Positions 32,370 through 39,783 of a stretch of DNA of 39,783 nt are shown here, in pieces; positions within the stretch are counted from its first letter, which is position 1; every line of letters begins with the position of its first letter. A model generated the notes under the pieces. The model saw only the letters and a list, made by a program, of their open reading frames with translations, ran no database searches and had not been told where the DNA came from. The stretch is from Macrostomum lignano (lineage: Eukaryota): contig NIVC01004641.1 of the NCBI GenBank assembly GCA_002269645.1, forward strand, positions 1 to 39,783, read 5' to 3'. Both the position numbers and the translations under genes were made by a program.

Positions 32370-34733
32370 GATGAAGGGATGCTGAGAGAACCGAATGAGA
32401 TGAAGGGATGCTGATGAAATCTGATCAGATGAAGGGATGCTGGGAGAATGAATGAGATGAAGGAATGCTGAGAGAATCTGGTCAGATGAAGGGATGCTGG
32501 GAGAATGAATGAGATGAAGGAATGCTGAGAGAATCTGGTCAGATGAAGGGATGCTGGGAGAATCTGATCAGATGAAGGGATGCTGGGAGAATCTGATCAG
32601 ATGAAGGGATGCTGAGAGAATCTGATCAGATGAAGGGATGCTGGGAGAATCGGATGAGATGAAGGAATGCTGAGAGAATCTGATCAGATGAAGGGATGCT
32701 GGGAGAATCGGATGAGATGAAGGGATGCTGATAAAATCTGATCAGATGCAGGGAGGCTGGGAGAATGAATGAGATGAAGGAATACTGAGAGAATCTGGTC
32801 AGATGCAGGGAGGCTGGGAGAATGAATGAGATGAAGGAATGCTGAGAGAATCTGGTCAGATGCAGGGAGGCTGGGAGAATGAATGAGATGAAGGAATGCT
32901 GAGAGAATCTGGTCAGATGCAGGGAGGCTGGGAGAATGAATGAGATGAAGGAATGCTGAGAGAATCTGGTCAGATGCAGGGAGGCTGGGAGAATTAATGA
33001 GATAAAGGAATGCTGAGAGAATCTGGTCAGATGCAGGGAGACTGGGAGAATTAATGAGATAAAGGAATGCTGAGAGAATCTGGTCAGATGCAGGGAGGCT
33101 GGGAGAATTAATGAGATAAAGGAATGCTGAGAGAATCTGGTCAGATGCAGGGAGACTGGGAGAATTAATGAGATAAAGGAATGCTGAGAGAATCTGGTCA
33201 GATGCAGGGATGCTGGGAGAATGAATGAGATGAAGGAATGCTGAGAGAATCTGATCAGATGAAGGGATGCTGGGAGAATCTGATCAGATAAAGGGATGCT
33301 GAGAGAATCTGGTCAGATGAAGGGATGCTGGGAGAATCTGATCAGATGAAGGGATGCTGAGAGAATCTGGTCAGATGAAGGGATGCTGGGAGAATCGGAT
33401 GAGATGAAGGGATGCTGATAAAATCTGGTCAGATGCAGGGAGGCTGAGAGAATGAATGAGATGAAGGAATGCTGAGAGAATCTGATCAGATGCAGGGAGG
33501 CTGGGAGAATGAATGAGATGAAGGGATGCTGAGAGAATCTGGTCAGATGCAGGGAGACTGGGAGAATGAATGAGATGAAGGGATGCTGAGAGAATCTGGT
33601 CAGATGCAGGGAGGCTGGGAGAATGAATGAGATGAAGGGATGCTGAGAGAATCTGGTCAGATGCAGGGAGGCTGGGAGAATGAATGAGATGAAGGAATGC
33701 TGAGAGAATCTGGTCAGATGCAGGGAGACTGGGAGAATTAATGAGATAAAGGAATGCTGAGAGAATCTGGTCAGATGCAGGGAGACTGGGAGAATTAATG
33801 AGATAAAGGAATGCTGAGAGAATCTGGTCAGATGCAGGGAGACTGGGAGAATTAATGAGATAAAGGAATGCTGAGAGAATCTGGTCAGATGAAGGGAGGC
33901 TGGGAGAATGAATGAGATGAAGGAATGCTGAGAGAATCTGATCAGATGAAGGAATGCTGAGAGAATCTGGTCAAATGCAGGGAGACTGGGAGAATTAATG
34001 AGATAAAGGAATGCTGAGAGAATCTGGTCAGATGAAGGGAGGCTGGGAGAATGAATGAGATGAAGGAATGCTGAGAGAATCTGATCAGATGAAGGAATGC
34101 TGAGAGAATCTGGTCAGATGAAGGGAGGCTGGGAGAATGAATGAGATGAAGGAATGCTGAGAGAATCTGATCAGATGAAGGAATGCTGAGAGAATCTGGT
34201 CAAATGCAGGGAGACTGGGAGAATTAATGAGATAAAGGAATGCTGAGAGAATCTGGTCAGATGAAGGGAGGCTGGGAGAATGAATGAGATGAAGGAATGC
34301 TGAGAGAATCTGATCAGATGAAGGAATGCTGAGAGAATCTGGTCAGATGAAGGGAGGCTGGGAGAATGAATGAGATGAAGGAATGCTGAGAGAATCTGAT
34401 CAGATGAAGGAATGCTGAGAGAATCTGGTCAGATGAAGGGAGGCTGGGAGAATGAATGAGATGAAGGAATGCTGAGAGAATCTGATCAGATGAAGGAATG
34501 CTGAGAGAATCTGGTCAAATGCAGGGAGACTGGGAGAATTAATGAGATAAAGGAATGCTGAGAGAATCTGGTCAGATGAAGGGAGGCTGGGAGAATGAAT
34601 GAGATGAAGGAATGCTGAGAGAATCTGATCAGATGAAGGAATGCTGAGAGAATCTGGTCAGATGAAGGGAGGCTGGGAGAATGAATGAGATGAAGGAATG
34701 CTGAGAGAATCTGATCAGATGAAGGGAGCCTGG
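32370..34733. repeat. Satellite of 28-29-bp monomers with higher-order units (57 and 86 bp)
   Basis: Monomers GAGAATCTGGTCAGATGCAGGGAGGCTGG and GAGAATGAATGAGATGAAGGAATGCTGA alternate; the TCAAATG variant occurs at 33971, 34200 and 34515. Confidence 0.97.
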
Positions 34734-35321
34734 GAGCAGCTAACGCATGCATAAAAATATCATATTTAAGCGCTATGAAATCTGTCAGATACTCCTTGCT
34801 AGCGCAAGGGAGCTGAGGTTGAGCTGACTTTAGGAAGAGAGGGAGAGAGAGGGGTAACGAGAGGGTAAAACGGAGTGAGGTGGTTTGCCTCAGCACTGAG
34901 GCACCCGCCTTTCTGCTTCTAGGCGCTGCCGACGCCTCCTGATTGGCTCAAAAAGGCGGTCTTCGATCTGCTCTGAAAGCAGAAAAGTTCCTTCCAGTCG
35001 TCTCCCCCCTCCCCCTGTCTCCGATTCGATAGCGAACCGTATTTTAGTGGATAAAGTTTTTTATGTCAGTCCTAAACGAACGTGTCAAGAATATACTAAA
35101 AGGCGAATCTCGTACGCTCTTTCTGTTGTCCCTGTCAACAGCAGTCCTCGGTACAATCCAACAGCCTTGTTTCTGTTCCATCTTAGATAAATATTTTCTT
35201 CTATGCGAGAAGCATCACAGCAAATAAAAATTATTGTCAACTAGTTTTGGTCTCTGCGTTAGTTATCTATCCAGCAACTTTTACTATAGAGATATAACTT
35301 AGGGAATCACCTTGGTGACAG

Positions 35322-35390
35322 TTGCTATGGCTCAGAGCAACGGAGGCAGCTCTGCGGGTTCACAGCCGCAGCAGCAGCCAAGCGACAAAA
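35322..35390 (+). CDS. Putative coding exon D (69 nt, [F]AMAQSNGGSSAGSQPQQQPSDK)
   Basis: GACAG acceptor, GTGAGT donor, phase 1-1; compatible with exon C and of the same S/A/G/Q-rich composition. Confidence 0.55.
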
Positions 35391-35509
35391 GTGAGTAGAT
35401 GTGCTTTTTTTGGTTGCGTCTGTGTGCCAGTGCGACACTTCATCATTTCCAAAATCATATAAAATTAGTTACTCGATTGCTAAATTGAATTTCTTTCCTT
35501 TCCTGTCTA

Positions 35510-35985
35510 CCCTCTCTCCCTGTACCCTCCTTCTCTACCCTATCTACCCTCCCTCTCTACCCTCTCTCCTCTACCCTCCCTCTCTACTCTTTTCTACTTT
35601 CTTTCTCTCCCTACATCTCTCTTCCTCTACCCTCTACCCTCTCTCCTCAACCTTCTGCCTCTCTCCTTACGTAGTCTCTCTCCCTTTCTCCCTCTCTACT
35701 CTCTCTCTCCCTCTACCTCCCTCTCTACCCTCCCTCTCTACCCTCCCTCTCTACCCTCTCCCTCTACCCTCCCTCTCTACCCTCCCTCTCTACCCTCTCC
35801 CTCTACCTCTCTCCCTCTACTCTCTCCCTCTCCCTCTCTACCCTCCCTCTCCACCTTCTCTCTACCCTCTCCCTTTCTACCCTGTCCCTCTCTTTCTCCA
35901 TGTCTACCCTCTCCCTTTCTACCCTGTCTCTCTTTCTCCATGTCTACTTTCCCTCCCTTTCCCTCTCTACCATCTCCCTTTCTAC
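35510..35985. repeat. CT-rich low-complexity repeat (CTCTACCCTCC-like units)
   Basis: Directly visible. Confidence 0.93.
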
Positions 35986-36699
35986 AGTTTAAAAAAATTT
36001 CCTTTCTGTCATTCTATTTCCCCCCTAAAATCTCCCTCACAGCAGTCTATCCTTTCTCTATCTTTCCACTCTCCCCCCTCTTCGTGTTCTCGGAAACTTT
36101 TAGAATCTCGGGGACACTTCTGTCCTCAATAGAGCTCCAATTGGCAACCCTGAAGCGCCTCTCCACCCTCCCTCCATCCAGTGCAAAGGCGTTCAACTAC
36201 GATTCTTCGTCTCGAGTCTCATTCTTTCTTGAGCAGAAAAATCTCTTACACTTTCTCGCCCTCGCCCTCGCCCTCGCCTTCGCAGGCACGCACGCCCGTG
36301 CACACAGCCTGTTCAGCATCGCCCTGATTGCCCTGAGCTCCTCCCCGGCTCCTCTATATCGGGGATGGGAAAGGGAAACTAGGCTACAAGTCTACGCATC
36401 CCGAGCTAGAAGCTCTGTCTCCCCTCTCCCCTCCCCTCTCCCCTCTCTCTCTCCCCTCTTCCTCTTGAGAAGTTCAGCTCGCCGACTAGAAGCGGCCCTA
36501 ATGAGTAGGAGGGGGAGGGGGGAGTGATGGAGAAGACAAGAAATGCAGAAGCCTAAAAAAAGCCTTTCCCAAACTCCAAACTCCTCATCCTCCTCCAGCG
36601 GCAACCGAGTTTCTCAAGTGTCCCCCATATAGTTTGCTAGCTGTAATAGTTTAATACTATCTCACGCTTCAACTCTTCCTTGCTAGCCTTATCTATACG

Positions 36700-37375
36700 A
36701 AAATCGGATAAGATGGGAGACGAGATGAAGGGAGGCTGAGACGAGATAAAGGGCGGCTGAGAGAATCCGATGAGATGAAGGAGGCTGAGAGAGGAGATGA
36801 ATGAAGTATGAGAGAAAGGAGATGAAGGGAGGCTGAGACGAGATAAGGGCGGCTGGAAGAGAAGTGAAGGGCGGCTGAGAGAATTCGATGAGATGAAGGG
36901 AGGCTGAGAGAATCCGATGAGATGAAGGGAGGCTGAGAGAATCCCATGAGATGAAGGGAGGCTGAGAGAGGAGATGAAGGCAGACAGGAGATGATGGGAG
37001 GCTGAGAGAATCCGATGAGATGAAGGGAGGCTGAGAGAATCCCATGAGATGAAGGAAGGCTGAGAGAGGAGATGAAGGCAGACAGGAGATGATGGGAGGC
37101 TGAGAGAATCCGATGAGATAAAGGGAGGCGGAGAGAGGAGATAAAGGCAGACAGAGAGGAGATAAAGGGAGGCTGAGAGAGGAGATGAAGGCAGACAGGA
37201 GATAAAGGGAGGCTGAGAGAATCCCATGAGATGAAGGAAGGGAGGCTGAGAGAGGAGATGAAGGCAAACAGAGAGGAGATGAAGGGAGGCTGAGAGAGAA
37301 GATGAAGGCAGACAGAAAAGAGATAAAGGGAGGCTGAGAGAAGAGATAGAGGCCTGAGAAAAGAGATGAAGGGAG
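36700..37375. repeat. Satellite related to 32370-34733 (GAGAATCCGATGAGATGAAGGGAGGCTGA plus GAGAGGAGATGAAGGCAGACAG units)
   Basis: Shares the GAGAAT...GAGATGAAGGGA.GCTG monomer frame. Confidence 0.9.
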
Positions 37376-37964
37376 TTTGAGAGAAGAGATGAAAGGAGGC
37401 AGAGGGAGTTGTCTTATGCTGTGTATAATAGAAAATAAAATAATCCTAATTTCAATTTTGTATAGATTTTCAGTGAGTACACAAATTTCTATGCATCAAT
37501 GTGCGGGAGTTTATATGTATGCAGTATTTATACGAGTATATAATTGTAAGATGGCGTGACTGACCAACTACGCCCATATCTAGAACTCTAGAAGTCAGTT
37601 GGTTCTCTACTGATTTGATTAGTTTGTACCTCCTTGCCTCTGCCTAAATCCTGATGTAGTATGTGGATGGTTGGATAAACCTGATACGGTTCTTGTTTAG
37701 CTGGCTGGTGGGCTGACTGCCGCACACACTCCTGATCTATCTATGCTCCGCGCCGAGGGCTAACACTGCAGATTGAAGTGTTGGAGCAAACTTTTATTAT
37801 ATGTGCATCTACTAAAGTTAGATTCATTTCCAGTGTTGCTCTGCGCAAGAGGGGGATAGAAGAAATTCAGAGTTGCAGAATACATAAAGTGGGAAGAAAG
37901 GAGAAGAGTGACGAAAAAGAGAAAAAACAAGGAGTTGACAAAATTAAGAGAGTGACAGATTATG

Positions 37965-38380
37965 GAGTAAGTGAGTGACAGATAATGGAGATAGAGAGTG
38001 ACAGGATGAATATAGTGGGCGACAGAGGATAGAGATAGAGTGACAGAATGGAGATAGAGAGTGACAGATTGTGGATATAGAGAGTGACAGAGGATGGAGA
38101 TAGAGAGTGATAGAGAATTGAGATAGAGAGTGACAGATGATGGAGATAGAGTGACAGATTATGGATATAGAGAGTGACAGAGGATGGAGAAATGTATGGA
38201 GATAGAGTGACAGATGATGGAGATAGAGTGACAGATGATGGAGATAGAATGACAGATGATGGAGATAGAGAGTGACAGAGAATGGAGATAGAGAGTGACA
38301 GAGAATGGAGATAGAGAGTGACAGGATGGAGATAGAGTGACAGATTATGGATATAGAGAGTGACAGAGGATGGAGAAATG
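37965..38380. repeat. About 21-25-bp minisatellite (GAGATAGAGAGTGACAGATGATG)
   Basis: Directly visible, imperfect copies. Confidence 0.92.
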
Positions 38381-38699
38381 TAAAAAAACTCACACTGCAG
38401 ACAGTAATTGAAAAAATGATGAACTGCCGAAAATTCCTACTCAAATATCAGAGATAGGAAATATGGGTAAATAATGTTGCAGTTTTGGCCTCAATAGCTA
38501 GACACTCGGGGAATAAAATTACAAAGGAATTTTATTACAAATCTGCAGTAAAATGGTCGTTAAGATGAGCCTTTTTAGAGTCTGTTCCTCCATAGCCGGG
38601 TAGACTGAAACATTTTTTTTCTGTAGCGATTTAACGAGCGGATTAAGCAATGCCAATAAAATTATTAGCAGTAGAGATCAAGCTAACGAGGGGTGATAC

Positions 38700-38905
38700 G
38701 AGATGGATAGAGATAAGGGAAAGGAGGAGATGTAAGACAGGGTAATAATGCGAGATAAAGAGAGATGTAGATAGGAGGAGATAGAGAGGGACATTGAGAT
38801 GCAGATAATGGAGATAGAGAGGGAGATAGAGAGGAAGATTGAGGAAGATAATGACAGAAATATAGAGAGATGTAAGAGAGAGATAGATTAAGAGAAGTAG
38901 ATAGG
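38700..38905. repeat. AG-rich low-complexity tract (GAGATA core)
   Basis: Directly visible. Confidence 0.75.
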
Positions 38906-39494
38906 AGTCTGGAAGCTAGTGAGAGGGAGAGGCCAGCTACCAGAGGCCGCAGATCCCAGTCTTAGTAGTCTGATTTTTAGCTGCAGGCTGCCTCCTCCCA
39001 TTCCAGCGCATCCATCCCTACTTACTCTGACGTTAACTTGAGCTGCAGCCGGATTTTGTATTAGAGGGTTTGGAATGATGATTCTGCGAAATAATACTCA
39101 TTTCATCTCAGCGGAGGCGGCAAGAGGCGTCGATATCCATCGCGACAAGAAACCTGATCCGACATTAGCTCGAATGAATGCTTGAAGCAAAGGCCGGCAG
39201 GATTTCTGATTCATATATACGATCTTCAGCCTTGTTTTGCGTCAGAGCAGATGCCCGGGCAGGCAATGCAGAAGATGGAAAGCTCTCTCTCTCTCTCTCA
39301 TTCGGAGATGCTGGTTTGGCGAGAGAGAAATCTGCGCTTCCTCTGACGTCAAGATTTTTTTCTCAATTCCGTTGATTAAATTGCCAATCGCCATTTTTGT
39401 GTAGCATTGCCTGGTGTTGGCAATGCGATTTGGATGGGGCCCCACTGCCCCTCATCTTTTTCCTGACTTCCGTTCTTGCACTTTTTCCTTTCTC

Positions 39495-39783
39495 ATCTAA
39501 TCTCATCCTACATCTCTAGTCTCATCCTACAATTCTAGTCTCATCCTACATCTCTTGTCTTATCTTACATCTCTAGTCTCATCCTACATCTCAAGTCTCA
39601 TCCTACAATTCTAGTCTCATCCTACATCTCTAGTCTCATCCTACATCTCAAGTCTCATCCTACAATTCTAGTCTTATCTTACATCTCTAGTCTCATCTAC
39701 ATCCCAAGTCTCACCCTACAATTCTAGTCTCATCCTACATCTCTAGTCTCGTCCTACATCTCTAGTCTCATCTTATATTTCTA
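39495..39783. repeat. 19-bp minisatellite (CTCTAGTCTCATCCTACAT), runs off the window end
   Basis: Directly visible, with CAAG/CTAG and ACAT/ACAAT variants. Confidence 0.93.

Noticed and set aside
36100-36610. GC-richer island with short ORFs on both strands
   Set aside because: Could be an exon or promoter, but no consistent splice phase with exon D and no motif.
39404-39426. 8-bp hairpin GCATTGCC-7 nt-GGCAATGC
   Set aside because: No U-tract, CTAG end or RNA-gene context; a single short hairpin is expected by chance in 40 kb.

Overview
Eukaryotic (metazoan) genomic DNA, AT-rich and dominated by repeats. No prokaryotic operon, rRNA, tRNA or CRISPR array is evident. The Mab-21 protein style, GT-AG introns and very high simple-repeat load suggest a free-living flatworm such as Macrostomum (inference only). 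Left to right: (1) the 3' part of a Mab-21/cGAS-like receptor gene broken by a cluster of small indels; (2) a THAP remnant, nested non-autonomous TIR elements (one with a perfect 9-bp TSD) and a Helitron-like end; (3) 1.4 kb of AG-rich low-complexity DNA; (4) a transposon nest at 14.2-25.8 kb: a probable solo LTR with four AP-1 sites, an intact CsRn1-type Ty3/Gypsy element (267-bp LTRs that look identical, AACT TSD, PBS, PPT, GGGAAAC -1 frameshift plus hairpin), an internally deleted mariner, a Crypton-like tyrosine recombinase fragment, a fold-back/duplication junction, a decayed Gypsy with no visible integrase and a LINE RT fragment; (5) a probable host gene whose four small phase-compatible exons are separated by introns full of micro/minisatellites, one with higher-order structure. 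All calls come from reading motifs by eye; no searches were run.
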